Positions 20,151 through 29,228 of a DNA stretch of 64,000 bases are shown here, in pieces. Position 1 is the stretch's first letter, and the number at the start of each line of letters is the position of its first letter. This DNA comes from an uncultured Eubacteriales bacterium (GTDB lineage Bacteria > Bacillota > Clostridia > Christensenellales > CAG-1252), in contig CADBTQ010000007.1 of assembly GCA_902797685.1 (NCBI GenBank), forward strand, positions 7,290 through 71,289, in the 5' to 3' direction. The notes beneath the pieces were generated by a model. It did no database searches. It saw only the letters and a program-made list of their open reading frames with translations, and had not been told where the DNA came from. The position numbers were made by a program, and so were the translations under genes.

Positions 20151-22211
20151 ATGAGAGAACACGCGCTTGACAGCATCAGAAATATCGGGATCATGGCTCA
20201 CATCGACGCGGGCAAAACCACCACGTCCGAACGTATCTTGTTCTTTACGGGCAAGATCCGCAAAGAGGGCGAGGTGCACGACGGCGCCGCTACCATGGAC
20301 TGGATGGTACAGGAGCAGGAGAGAGGTATCACCATCACTTCCGCCGCCACCACCGTCTTTTGGAAGGGCGCGATGATCAACGTCATCGACACTCCCGGGC
20401 ACGTGGACTTCACCGTCGAGGTGGAGCGGAGCCTCAGGGTGTTGGACGGAGCCGTCGCCGTGTTTTGCGCCAAAGGCGGCGTAGAGCCCCAAAGCGAGAC
20501 GGTATGGAGACAGGCGGAACGCTACGGCGTGCCCCGCATCGCGTTCGTCAACAAGATGGACGTGGAGGGTGCCAATTTCCTGCGCGTCGTCGACATGATG
20601 CACTCCCACCTCAAAGCCAACGCTCATCCCATCGAGTTGCCCATCGGCAGCGCCAAAGAGTTCAGAGGTCTCATCGACTTGGTCAGCATGAAAGCGATCA
20701 TGTTTAACGAGGACGGAGACCGCGATCCCCAACCCCCTATCGACATCCCCGACGATCTCAAAGAGTATGCGGACAAGTATAGGTCGGAATTGGTGGAGGC
20801 GGTGTGCGATCTCGACGACGACTTGATGGAAAAATACCTCATGGAGGAGCCCATCTCCGAACAAGAGATCAAAGCTGCCATTCGCAAGGGCGTGATCGCC
20901 AACAAATTCGTGCCCGTGTTGTGCGGTACGGCATTCCGCAACCGCGGTATTCTCAAATTGTTGGACGCCATCGTGGAGTACCTGCCTTCTCCCGCCGACA
21001 TCGGCGAGACCAAGGGCGTGGATCCCAAGGACAGCGAAAAGGTACTCGTCCGCAAGTGCCAAGACGACGAGCCCTTCTCGGCTTTGGCTTTTAAGATCAT
21101 GACCGATCAATACGGCAAATTGGTCTTCACCCGCGTCTATTCGGGTGTGGTCAAGGTGGGCGACGTGATCCTCAACGCCAACAAGGACAAAAAGGATCGC
21201 GTTATGCGCATATTGCGTATGCACGCCAACGAGCGCAAAGATATAGAGGAATTGCGCGCGGGCGACATCGGCGTCATCGTCGGACTAAAAGAAGTGACGA
21301 CCGGCAATACTCTGTGCGACCCCCGTCACCCCATCGCTTTCGGGCAGATCACCTTTGCGGAACCCGTGGTACGACAGGCCATCGAACCCAGGACCAAAGC
21401 CAGCAAGGACAAGATGGTCTACGCTTTCGAGCGATTGGCGGAGGAGGACCCCACTTTCCGCACCTACGTGGACAAGGAGACGGGGCAGACCATCATCGCC
21501 GGTATGGGCGAGTTGCACTTGGAGATCATCGTGGATCGTCTCAAACGCGAGTTTAAGGTGGAGGCGGATATCGGCTCTCCTCAAGTCAGCTATCGCGAGA
21601 GATTGGTCAAGGCGGTCACCGTGGAAGGCAGACAGGTCAAGCAATCGGGCGGCAAGGGTCAATTTGCCCAAGCCAAAGTGGTGTTTACGCCGCTTGCTCC
21701 CGGTAGCGGCGTGACCTATCAAAGCCACATCGTGGGCGGCGTGATTACCCGAGAGTACACCGAAGCCACCAAGAAGGGTATCGACGACGCGAGGTTCAAC
21801 GGCAACTACGGTTACGAGGTGTTGGACTTCGACGCGGATATCGTGGACGGCGCTATGCACGAGGTGGATAGTAGCGAAATGGCGTTCAAGATCGCCGGGG
21901 CGGACGCGTTCCGTCAGGCGATACAACAAGCCGGCACCATTCTGTTGGAGCCCACTATGGCAGTGGACGTGACCGTGCCCGAAGCCAATATCGGGGACGC
22001 CATCAGTTCCATCGGATTGCGCCACGGCAAAGTGCGCGGACAGGAGAACGAAAACGGGATCTATCTCATCCATGCGGACGTTCCTTTGCGCGAAATGTTC
22101 GGGTACGCCCAGGCTCTTAGGACGGCGACGAGCGGCAGAGGGTCGTTTATGATGACCTTCAAATGCTTCGATCCGCTGCCCGAAGAGGCGAAGAAGAAAT
22201 TATTTTTCTAA
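20151..22211 (+). CDS. fusA: Elongation factor G
   Basis: ..[23 protein letters not shown]..; 686 aa. Confidence 0.97.
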   Translation: MREHALDSIRNIGIMAHIDAGKTTTSERILFFTGKIRKEGEVHDGAATMDWMVQEQERGITITSAATTVFWKGAMINVIDTPGHVDFTVEVERSLRVLDGAVAVFCAKGGVEPQSETVWRQAERYGVPRIAFVNKMDVEGANFLRVVDMMHSHLKANAHPIELPIGSAKEFRGLIDLVSMKAIMFNEDGDRDPQPPIDIPDDLKEYADKYRSELVEAVCDLDDDLMEKYLMEEPISEQEIKAAIRKGVIANKFVPVLCGTAFRNRGILKLLDAIVEYLPSPADIGETKGVDPKDSEKVLVRKCQDDEPFSALAFKIMTDQYGKLVFTRVYSGVVKVGDVILNANKDKKDRVMRILRMHANERKDIEELRAGDIGVIVGLKEVTTGNTLCDPRHPIAFGQITFAEPVVRQAIEPRTKASKDKMVYAFERLAEEDPTFRTYVDKETGQTIIAGMGELHLEIIVDRLKREFKVEADIGSPQVSYRERLVKAVTVEGRQVKQSGGKGQFAQAKVVFTPLAPGSGVTYQSHIVGGVITREYTEATKKGIDDARFNGNYGYEVLDFDADIVDGAMHEVDSSEMAFKIAGADAFRQAIQQAGTILLEPTMAVDVTVPEANIGDAISSIGLRHGKVRGQENENGIYLIHADVPLREMFGYAQALRTATSGRGSFMMTFKCFDPLPEEAKKKLFF

Positions 22212-22312
22212 TTAATTGAGTAGAAATACTTGATTTACGAGGGAAATGTTGGTAAGATAAAGGTACAAACCAACCCCTACCATTATGGTTATTATTCTAG
22301 GAGGAATTAACA

Positions 22313-23521
22313 ATGGCAAAACAAAAATTTGACAAGAGCAAAGTGCACGTTAACGTTGGTACCATCGGACACGTCGACCACGGCAAAACTACGTTGACCG
22401 CCGCCATCACCATGTATTGCGCTCACAAGGGCAACGCCGCCGTCATGAAGTATGACGAGATCGACAAAGCTCCCGAAGAGAAAGCTCGTGGTATCACAAT
22501 CAACACCGCTCACGTTGAGTACACCACCGAAAAACGTCACTACGCTCACGTGGACTGCCCCGGACACGCCGACTATGTCAAGAACATGATCACCGGTGCC
22601 GCTCAGATGGACGGCGCTATCCTGGTCGTGGCTGCTACCGACGGTCCCATGCCCCAAACCCGCGAGCACATCTTGTTGGCTCGTCAGGTGGGCGTGCCCT
22701 ACATCATCGTCTTCCTCAACAAGTGCGACCAAGTCGACGACGAAGAGTTGTTGGAATTGGTGGAAATGGAAGTCCGCGAATTGTTGGATAAATATGAGTT
22801 CCCCGGCGACGACACCCCCATCATCAAGGGTTCCGCTTTGAACGCTATGACCGCCGGTTTGGAAGGCAAATTCGACGATCCCGCTTTCGGCCCCATCCAA
22901 GAGTTGTTGGACACTTTGGACACCTATATCCCCGATCCCGAGCGTGCTACCGACAAACCCTTCTTGATGCCTGTTGAAGACGTCTTCACCATCACCGGTC
23001 GTGGCACCGTTGCTACCGGTCGTGTTGAGCGCGGTACCGTCAAAGTCGGCGACAAAGTGCAAATCGTCGGTCTCCAAGACGAACCCACCGACACCACCGT
23101 TACCGGCGTGGAAATGTTCCGCAAATTGTTGGATGTGGCCGAGGCCGGCGACAACATCGGCGCATTGCTCCGTGGTATCGATCGTAAGGACGTCGAGCGT
23201 GGTCAAGTTTTGGCGAAACCCGGCTCCATCCATCCCCACACCCACTTCACTTCTCAGGTGTACGTTCTGACCAAGGAAGAGGGCGGCCGTCATACTCCTT
23301 TCTTCAACGGCTATCGTCCCCAATTCTACTTCCGTACCACCGACGTGACTGGCACCATCGAACTGCCCAAGGGTGTTGAAATGGTTATGCCCGGCGACAA
23401 CATCGACATGGAAATCAAATTGATCACTCCTATCGCTATCGAGCAAGGTCTGCGTTTCGCTATCCGTGAGGGTGGCCGTACCGTAGGTTCGGGCGTGGTC
23501 GCTTCCATCATCGAGGACTAA
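22313..23521 (+). CDS. tuf: Elongation factor Tu
   Basis: [33 protein letters not shown]...; 402 aa. Confidence 0.97.
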   Translation: MAKQKFDKSKVHVNVGTIGHVDHGKTTLTAAITMYCAHKGNAAVMKYDEIDKAPEEKARGITINTAHVEYTTEKRHYAHVDCPGHADYVKNMITGAAQMDGAILVVAATDGPMPQTREHILLARQVGVPYIIVFLNKCDQVDDEELLELVEMEVRELLDKYEFPGDDTPIIKGSALNAMTAGLEGKFDDPAFGPIQELLDTLDTYIPDPERATDKPFLMPVEDVFTITGRGTVATGRVERGTVKVGDKVQIVGLQDEPTDTTVTGVEMFRKLLDVAEAGDNIGALLRGIDRKDVERGQVLAKPGSIHPHTHFTSQVYVLTKEEGGRHTPFFNGYRPQFYFRTTDVTGTIELPKGVEMVMPGDNIDMEIKLITPIAIEQGLRFAIREGGRTVGSGVVASIIED

Positions 23522-23543
23522 TCGCTATTTAGCAAACAAAAGA

Positions 23544-23604
23544 GGGGATGTCCAAGAAAGACACCCCCTTTTTTTGTGGACGCCAATCGGCGTCCACAAA
23601 AAAA
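23544..23604. terminator. Tandem terminator hairpins after tuf; the second is flanked by T7/A7 and so is bidirectional
   Basis: GGGGATGTC-caagaaa-GACACCCCC followed by TTTTTTT, then GTGGACGCC-aatc-GGCGTCCAC followed by AAAAAAA. Confidence 0.65.
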
Positions 23605-23629
23605 GGATCTAATTAAAGGATCTAATTAC

Positions 23630-25687
23630 ATGAGTCAACGCAGCATAGTCAAAAACATCAAACGCAACACCCTCTATGAGGGGACGTTGAGAGGAAACAA
23701 ACGCGGGTTTGCTTTTCTTGCGCGCCGTGACGGCGGGCAGGATCTTTTCATCCCGCACGAAGGGTTAAACGGCGCCCAACACGGGGACGAGGTCGTCTGC
23801 CGTCTGACGGTGGGGGACAACGCCGAAGTGGTCAGGGTGCTATCCCGCGGGGTGACCCGCTTGGTGGGTACCCTTTGCTTGGGATACGGCTACGCCTATC
23901 TCCGTCCCGACGACCAATCCTATTACAGCAACGTCCGCTTGGGCGGCTGGGACCCCGATTGGCAAGAGGGGCAAAAGGCATTGGTGGACATCACCGAGTG
24001 GACGCCCAAAGGACCCAACGGGGACGTGGTCAAATTGCTTGGGTTTGCGGGCGAAAAGGAGAGCGAGATCTTGTCCGTACTGTATGCGGCGGGATTTAGC
24101 GACTCTTTCCCCGAGGAGGTGGAAAAAGCCGCGCTCCAACTCAAAATGGGCGCGCCCGAACGGGACAGAGACGACCTGCGGTCGCTGCTTACCATCACCA
24201 TCGACGGAGAGGACGCAAGGGATTTCGACGACGCCATCAGTATCACTCGCACCCCCAAAGGATACGATCTTTGGGTGCATATCGCGGACGTGTCCCATTT
24301 CGTCACCCCCGGCGGCGAGATCGACAAAGAGGCGTATAAGCGGGCGACAAGCGTGTATTTCCCCCGCAAGGCGTACCCTATGTTGCCCGAGGTGTTGTGC
24401 AACGGGCTGTGTTCGCTCGTGCCCAATCAAGACCGCTTTGCCCTCTCTTGCCGTATGTCTTTCGATCGGGAGGGTAATCGCAAAGGGGTGTATCTTGCCA
24501 AAAGCGTGATCAATTCGGACTACCGCATGACTTACACCAAGGTGCAAGCCATGTTGGACGGGGACGAAGTCATGCTCAAAGAGTACGCGCCCATCGCCGG
24601 GTTGGTGAGCGAGGCGAGGGAGTTGTCCCGCCTGCTGCGCGCCAAGCGAAAAGAGAGGGGCAGTATCGATTTTGTGACCCAAGAGAGCAAAGTCCTCTTC
24701 GACGGGGACAAGATACTGGGGGTAGAGGGCTACCACACCACCGAAAGCAACCAACTCATCGAGGACTTTATGATCGCCGCCAACGAAGCGGTCGCCGAGA
24801 CCTTGCGGGACGCGGGATATCCGTGCGCTTATCGGGTGCACGATCTGCCCGACCCCGACAAGCTCAAAGCGCTCACCGCCTTTGCGGGCTGCTTTGGATT
24901 GGCGCCGCACAAGCGGTATCTCCAAGCGGACGAGATCGCGGATTTCGTGCGCCGCACCGAGGACAGTCCCTATGCCACGGTGGTCAACCAAGTAGCGATA
25001 CGCTGTATGCAAAAAGCCGAGTACAGCCCCCGCAATATCGGGCACTACGGCTTGGGAAGCGAGTGCTACTGCCACTTTACCTCGCCCATTCGCCGCTATC
25101 CCGACCTCATGGTGCATCGCTTGGTCAAGCGGTATTTGGAAGATCTCGAACAAGCGCCTGACGGGGAGGAACCCCGCATGGATAAAGTTACCCGCAAGGA
25201 GATCGACCAAGACCTCAACAAGCGGTGTCAGCATTGCAGTCAGATGGAGCGCGCCGCCGAAAAAGCCGAGCGGGACATCGTCGCCTACTATATGGCGGTG
25301 TATATGCAAGAGCACGTGGGACAGACCTACGAGGCGGTCGTGTCGGGCGTGACGGCGAGTATGTTGTTTGCCACTTTGCCCAACGGGATCGAAGGAGCGG
25401 TGGCGCTGGACGACTTGCGCGAGGGCTTTTATTTCGATTCCCTCCGCTTTGCCGTCATCAGCGAGCGGCATTCCTATCGCATAGGGGACATCGTCAAGGT
25501 GCGGGTGGAGGAGAGCAACCCCAAGACCCACAAGATCCGCTTTTCGCTGCCCGACGTCAAACCCAAACAAGCCAGGTTGGGGGACGTCGCCCGCCTTCAC
25601 AAGGGAAGCCCCAAGGGCAAAGCCCGTCCCCAAGACCATCGCAAACCCAAAAACCACGGGCGGTCGGGCAGGGGTAGGCGCAGGTAA
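23630..25687 (+). CDS. rnr: Ribonuclease R
   Basis: RNB-domain motifs (..TIDGEDARDFDDAIS..; ..HFTSPIRRYPDLMVHR..), an S1-like C-terminus and a basic tail. The start was moved to the ATG at 23630 because the 23576 start lies inside the tuf terminator hairpins. Confidence 0.85.
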   Translation: MSQRSIVKNIKRNTLYEGTLRGNKRGFAFLARRDGGQDLFIPHEGLNGAQHGDEVVCRLTVGDNAEVVRVLSRGVTRLVGTLCLGYGYAYLRPDDQSYYSNVRLGGWDPDWQEGQKALVDITEWTPKGPNGDVVKLLGFAGEKESEILSVLYAAGFSDSFPEEVEKAALQLKMGAPERDRDDLRSLLTITIDGEDARDFDDAISITRTPKGYDLWVHIADVSHFVTPGGEIDKEAYKRATSVYFPRKAYPMLPEVLCNGLCSLVPNQDRFALSCRMSFDREGNRKGVYLAKSVINSDYRMTYTKVQAMLDGDEVMLKEYAPIAGLVSEARELSRLLRAKRKERGSIDFVTQESKVLFDGDKILGVEGYHTTESNQLIEDFMIAANEAVAETLRDAGYPCAYRVHDLPDPDKLKALTAFAGCFGLAPHKRYLQADEIADFVRRTEDSPYATVVNQVAIRCMQKAEYSPRNIGHYGLGSECYCHFTSPIRRYPDLMVHRLVKRYLEDLEQAPDGEEPRMDKVTRKEIDQDLNKRCQHCSQMERAAEKAERDIVAYYMAVYMQEHVGQTYEAVVSGVTASMLFATLPNGIEGAVALDDLREGFYFDSLRFAVISERHSYRIGDIVKVRVEESNPKTHKIRFSLPDVKPKQARLGDVARLHKGSPKGKARPQDHRKPKNHGRSGRGRRR

Positions 25688-25725
25688 TACTTGCCAAGAG
25701 GGGCGCAAACGGATATAATAAGGAT

Positions 25726-26178
25726 ATGGACAAAAAAGACAACGTAATTGCCACCAACAAAAAGGCGTATCACGACTACTTTATCGAGGATACGTACGAA
25801 GCGGGCGTCGTTCTGGAAGGGAGCGAGGTCAAGTCTTTGCGCTTGCACAACGTGTCCTTTGTGGACAGTTACGTCCGCATCGACGGCTATAAGGTGTGGC
25901 TTGTCAATTTGCATATCAGCCCCTACGAAAAGGGGAGTTATTACAATCCACCCGCCAAAAGGGAGCGGATGCTGTTGCTCAACAAACGCGAGATCAACAA
26001 ACTCCGCGCCATGGTGGAGCGCAAAGGCTACACCCTCGTACCCACCCGCCTGTATTTCAAGCAATCCCTCGTCAAAGTGGAAGTCGGCGTTGCCAAAGGC
26101 AAGCACAACTACGACAAGCGCGAGGACGCCCGCAAAAAACAGATCGAAGAGGACAACCGCCGCCACGAGGACTATTAA
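25726..26178 (+). CDS. smpB: SsrA-binding protein
   Basis: 150 aa: ..IATNKKAYHDYFIEDTYEAGVVLEGSEVKSLR.. Confidence 0.93.
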   Translation: MDKKDNVIATNKKAYHDYFIEDTYEAGVVLEGSEVKSLRLHNVSFVDSYVRIDGYKVWLVNLHISPYEKGSYYNPPAKRERMLLLNKREINKLRAMVERKGYTLVPTRLYFKQSLVKVEVGVAKGKHNYDKREDARKKQIEEDNRRHEDY

Positions 26179-26206
26179 AAAAGGAGCGAACACGCTCCTT
26201 TTTTTA
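26178..26206 (+). terminator. Rho-independent terminator after smpB
   Basis: GGAGCG-aaca-CGCTCC followed by TTTTTTT. Confidence 0.7.
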
Positions 26207-26214
26207 TAAACAGG

Positions 26215-26276
26215 TTGACAATGGTTTACGATTTGGTTTACAATGCTAATAATTAAGTTTACGAAACGGTTTACAA
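26215..26276 (+). promoter_or_regulatory. Promoter TTGACA-N17-TACAAT overlapped by four GTTTAC(G/A)A direct repeats
   Basis: TTGACA at 26215-26220 and TACAAT at 26238-26243. GTTTAC occurs at 26224, 26236, 26257 and 26269, i.e. a 20-bp unit GTTTACGAnnnGGTTTACAA present twice, 33 bp apart. Confidence 0.5.
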
Positions 26277-26287
26277 GGGGGCGTGCT

Positions 26288-27505
26288 ATGAACTACGACG
26301 AAATGGTATTCGGGGCGGTTTATTACGGAACGAAGGACTTGCGGTTTGACAATCGCTACAAGTTTTTTTTGTCCAATCAGCAGTTGGCGGAATATAAGAA
26401 GTACAAGCAGAACTTGATCGAACGCGACCCGCGTATGCAGGCTTTGCCTCTTAGGTCGTACAATTCCGCCTGTCTCTTTTTTACCAAAGGCGAGGCGCTG
26501 ACCAACTTGTGGTCGACCTATCTCAACGTCGTGTTTTCGGATCGGCAACAAACGATGTTTGAGCGCAATTATCAAGATATGCTCTTGGCGCGCGTGTATT
26601 CGGAACTGGAGGGGTCGATGCAAATCGAAAACGTACCTACCACGCGCACGCGCCTTGAGCAGATCCGCTCAGGGAGCGACCCGAGAGACAAAAACGAATT
26701 GATCGCGCGCAATATGATGGCGGCGATCGACTATATCGAACAAAAGCCATCTTTCGATCGGGATCATCTCCGCCGTTTGTACGATATTTTGAGCAAAGAT
26801 TGTTTGGAAGAGGGACAGGAACCGGGTGGACGATACTATCGCGACGACGCGGTCTATATCGATCGCTACGAGGGTTGCCCCAAGGAACAGATCGAGCAAT
26901 GTATGGATAGTCTGTTTGCGTACGTCGACCAAGTGCTAGCCTCGGGCGACGGCTTGGCAAAGGAGTTTTTGCCGCACGTTTGTCACTACTACATTTTGTA
27001 CGTCCACCCCTATTTCGATTATAACGGCAGGACGGCGCGGATGGTATCTTTGTGGATCAGCCTTTTAAGCGCGCGAGAGGGCAGTTTCCCGCTGTTTTTG
27101 AGCGAAGCGATCAACGACAAAAAGAAAGATTATTACGACGCATTGCGTGAGACGCGGGATATGAATAACGATTTGACGTACTTTTTGATCTATCTTCTCG
27201 ATACGGCGATTCGCTATACGCTCGTCTACCAAAATGTGGATCATATCGCCGACCACGTCCTGCAACGTGGCTCGATCATGAGCGCCATCGACAAGGTCTA
27301 CGTCAAAAAAATATTGTTGGGAGCGTCAAACGGTTGGTTTGATTACAAAAAGTTTTTGACGGTCGCCAACGTGGACATTTCCAAGCAAGCCGCGCTGAAA
27401 GCACTCAACAAATTGGCGGACTACGGAGTGCTGGAGAGTAATATCAACGAAAAAAAAGTCAAGCTGTTTCGGCTTGACGGCAGTTGGCTCAAATATACCG
27501 TATAG
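26288..27505 (+). CDS. Fic/DOC-family protein with a C-terminal winged-helix-like region
   Basis: The Fic core motif is present in variant form: HPYFDYNGRTAR, compared with the canonical HxFx(D/E)GNGRxxR. The start was placed at MNYDEMVFG (26288). Confidence 0.8.
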   Translation: MNYDEMVFGAVYYGTKDLRFDNRYKFFLSNQQLAEYKKYKQNLIERDPRMQALPLRSYNSACLFFTKGEALTNLWSTYLNVVFSDRQQTMFERNYQDMLLARVYSELEGSMQIENVPTTRTRLEQIRSGSDPRDKNELIARNMMAAIDYIEQKPSFDRDHLRRLYDILSKDCLEEGQEPGGRYYRDDAVYIDRYEGCPKEQIEQCMDSLFAYVDQVLASGDGLAKEFLPHVCHYYILYVHPYFDYNGRTARMVSLWISLLSAREGSFPLFLSEAINDKKKDYYDALRETRDMNNDLTYFLIYLLDTAIRYTLVYQNVDHIADHVLQRGSIMSAIDKVYVKKILLGASNGWFDYKKFLTVANVDISKQAALKALNKLADYGVLESNINEKKVKLFRLDGSWLKYTV

Positions 27506-27506
27506 A

Positions 27507-27553
27507 ACCCAAACCAAAAACCGCCGACGGGATTTCGTCGGCGGTTTTGGGTT
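27507..27553. terminator. Bidirectional terminator between the convergent Fic and GNAT genes
   Basis: AACCCAAACCAAAAA-CCGCCGAC-gggattt-GTCGGCGG-TTTTGGGTT; the hairpin is flanked by A-rich and T-rich runs. Confidence 0.7.
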
Positions 27554-28007
27554 ATTCAAAATAATACGTCAAATTGAAATGGTCGGGGAGATCGGGGTCG
27601 ATATAGCCCGTGTCGACAAAACCGACCTTTTGGTAGACGTGCAAGGCGGAGAGATCCTCTCTGTCTACGCACACTTCCACGCAGTCGTATTTGCGTTCTT
27701 TTTGGAGCGCATGAAGGATCGCGGTCAGGGCTTGGGTGCCGTAGCCCTTGTTTTGGTAACGATGGTCGATCAAAAACTGTTGCAGGTCGTAGCAAGCGGG
27801 CTCCTCGTCCAAATCTTTGACGAGCGCCACCCCCACGAGCGTCTCCTCATCGGCAATGCCGATCACTTTGGCGCGATGGGCGCGGTAGGCGTATCCTCTT
27901 GCGACGATTCCCAACGGGCTGTCGAGGTAGCGCTTTTGATCGTCTGCGACCGACAGGCGGGCAACGTCCGACCAGTTGGTATCGTCGATTTCAACCAATC
28001 TGATCAT
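27552..28007 (-). CDS. GNAT-family N-acetyltransferase (151 aa)
   Basis: MIRLVEIDDTNWSDVARL...IDHRYQNKGYGTQALTAIL... (acetyl-CoA binding Q/RxxGxG/A-like motif). The longer 253-aa ORF-track version has a nonsense-looking N-terminus overlapping the PRTase gene. Confidence 0.75.
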   Translation of the reverse strand: MIRLVEIDDTNWSDVARLSVADDQKRYLDSPLGIVARGYAYRAHRAKVIGIADEETLVGVALVKDLDEEPACYDLQQFLIDHRYQNKGYGTQALTAILHALQKERKYDCVEVCVDREDLSALHVYQKVGFVDTGYIDPDLPDHFNLTYYFE

Positions 28008-28011
28008 ACCG

Positions 28012-28548
28012 TTACAGCAAAGGAATGGTCGCCAAGTATTTGACGTCGGGGCGATCTTTGGCGGGACCTTCGGCGAGGACGAACGCCTTGCAGTAGATCT
28101 CTCCGCCCGCCAATTCCACGATCTTTTCCAATCCCAACAAGCTGCCGCCCGTGGATACCACGTCGTCGAGGATGGCGACCTTTTTGCCCTTGAGCAGATC
28201 GGCGTCGTGTTTGGAGAGGTAGAGGGTCTGTTGGTGCCCCGTGGTGATGGACTTGACCGTCGCCTCGATACCGTCTTGCATATACAACTTTTTGGTCTTG
28301 CGGCATACCGCATAATAGCGTTGTCCCAACTCGCGCGCGGTCACGTGCGCCAGTTGCAAACCCTTGCTTTCGGCGGTGAGAATGATATCGCAACCCGCCA
28401 CCAGTTTTGCCATCTCTTTGCCGCAATGCTCGGTCAACTCGGTGTCGCCGTGCAAGTTAAAAAAGCAAATATTGACCCCGTTGGGCAAGGGCAAAATGGG
28501 CAATTCGGTGTGGAATCCTTTGATATCGAGGGGATAAAAGTCACTCAT
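28012..28548 (-). CDS. Phosphoribosyltransferase-family protein (adenine/xanthine PRT-like)
   Basis: PRPP-binding motif KKVAILDDVVSTGGSL; 178 aa. Confidence 0.7.
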   Translation of the reverse strand: MSDFYPLDIKGFHTELPILPLPNGVNICFFNLHGDTELTEHCGKEMAKLVAGCDIILTAESKGLQLAHVTARELGQRYYAVCRKTKKLYMQDGIEATVKSITTGHQQTLYLSKHDADLLKGKKVAILDDVVSTGGSLLGLEKIVELAGGEIYCKAFVLAEGPAKDRPDVKYLATIPLL

Positions 28549-28586
28549 GTTGGTTCTCCTTGTCGTCCCAAAGGGACGGATAGTTT

Positions 28587-28713
28587 ATTGCTGACGCAAT
28601 GCGATATATCTGTTGTCACAGATGCGATATATCCGCAGTCTCGGATGCGATATATCTGTTGTCACAGATGCGATATATTGCTAACGCAATGCGATATATC
28701 TTGCAAGCAAGAT
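28587..28713. repeat. Hairpin array B-left: 5 x GCGATATAT linkers alternating with 12-14 nt hairpins (period 21-23 bp)
   Basis: GCGATATAT occurs at 28601, 28624, 28647, 28670 and 28691. The hairpins are ATTGC-tgac-GCAAT, ATCTGT-tgtc-ACAGAT (twice), ATCCG-cagtct-CGGAT, ATTGC-taac-GCAAT and ATCTTGC-aa-GCAAGAT. Confidence 0.85.
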
Positions 28714-28743
28714 GTAGTGGGTCGCTTTGCTCCGAAAGATCGG

Positions 28744-29103
28744 TCAGTTTTCGCCGTTCTTTTTGGCAGTAGTCACGGAAGCGATCAATTTCCTACGTAT
28801 CGTACCGCACTTATTGAACAGCGATTTGTAACGATCGGGCGATAGCGCGCCGGTCTTGTACAATATCTCCAACCAATACTCCGTTTCGTAGCACTCCTTA
28901 AGCGCGATTTCCATTTTGTTGATAAAATCGGCGCGACTTTGTGCATAAAACCCTTCGTGTGCGTTGGCGCCGATGGAAGAACAGGCGCGAAGCAGTTGGT
29001 TGACGAAGATAGCCTTCCCTTGGATGTGTTCACAAAGCATTGTCAACTCCACCGTCAAATCAACCGCCAACTCTTTGATCGTTTTGTCTTGAGTCATCGC
29101 CAT
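28744..29103 (-). CDS. Four-helix-bundle protein (23S rRNA intervening-sequence protein / Avd family)
   Basis: 119 aa: ..VNQLLRACSSIGANAHEGFYAQSRADFINKMEIALKECYETEYWLEILYK.. matches the remembered family pattern (QLxRAxxSIxANIxEG...DFxxKxxIAxKExxETxYWLxLL). The start was placed at MAMTQDK. The 183-aa ORF-track version runs into the right hairpin array. Confidence 0.78.
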   Translation of the reverse strand: MAMTQDKTIKELAVDLTVELTMLCEHIQGKAIFVNQLLRACSSIGANAHEGFYAQSRADFINKMEIALKECYETEYWLEILYKTGALSPDRYKSLFNKCGTIRRKLIASVTTAKKNGEN

Positions 29104-29121
29104 CTTTCCATTATCCACAGC

Positions 29122-29228
29122 ATCTCCCTTAGGAGATATATCGCGCCGAAGGTATATCGCACGCAAAGCGTATCTCGCAAATCCGCTCTGCGGATTTATC
29201 TCGCCGCAAGCGTGCTCTGCACGCTTGC
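29122..29228. repeat. Hairpin array B-right: AT(A/C)TCGC linkers (reverse complement of the B-left linker) alternating with hairpins
   Basis: The linker occurs at 29138, 29154, 29172 and 29198. The hairpins are ATCTCC-ctt-AGGAGAT, ACGC-aaa-GCGT, AAATCCGC-tct-GCGGATTT and GCAAGCGTGC-tct-GCACGCTTGC. The last abuts the proS stop codon. Confidence 0.8.

Noticed and set aside
26179-26290. Expected tmRNA (ssrA) gene downstream of smpB
   Set aside because: Only a terminator, a promoter and the Fic gene follow smpB. No tRNA-like acceptor/T-arm sequence or tag-peptide reading frame was seen anywhere nearby, so ssrA must be elsewhere in the genome.
28587-28713. CRISPR-like appearance of the regularly spaced GCGATATAT repeats, and of the ATGATATA arrays
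   Set aside because: The repeats are only 8-11 bp and the spacers only 10-14 bp. The spacers are themselves palindromic, and one hairpin sequence is reused within the array. No cas genes or leader are present. This is not a CRISPR array.
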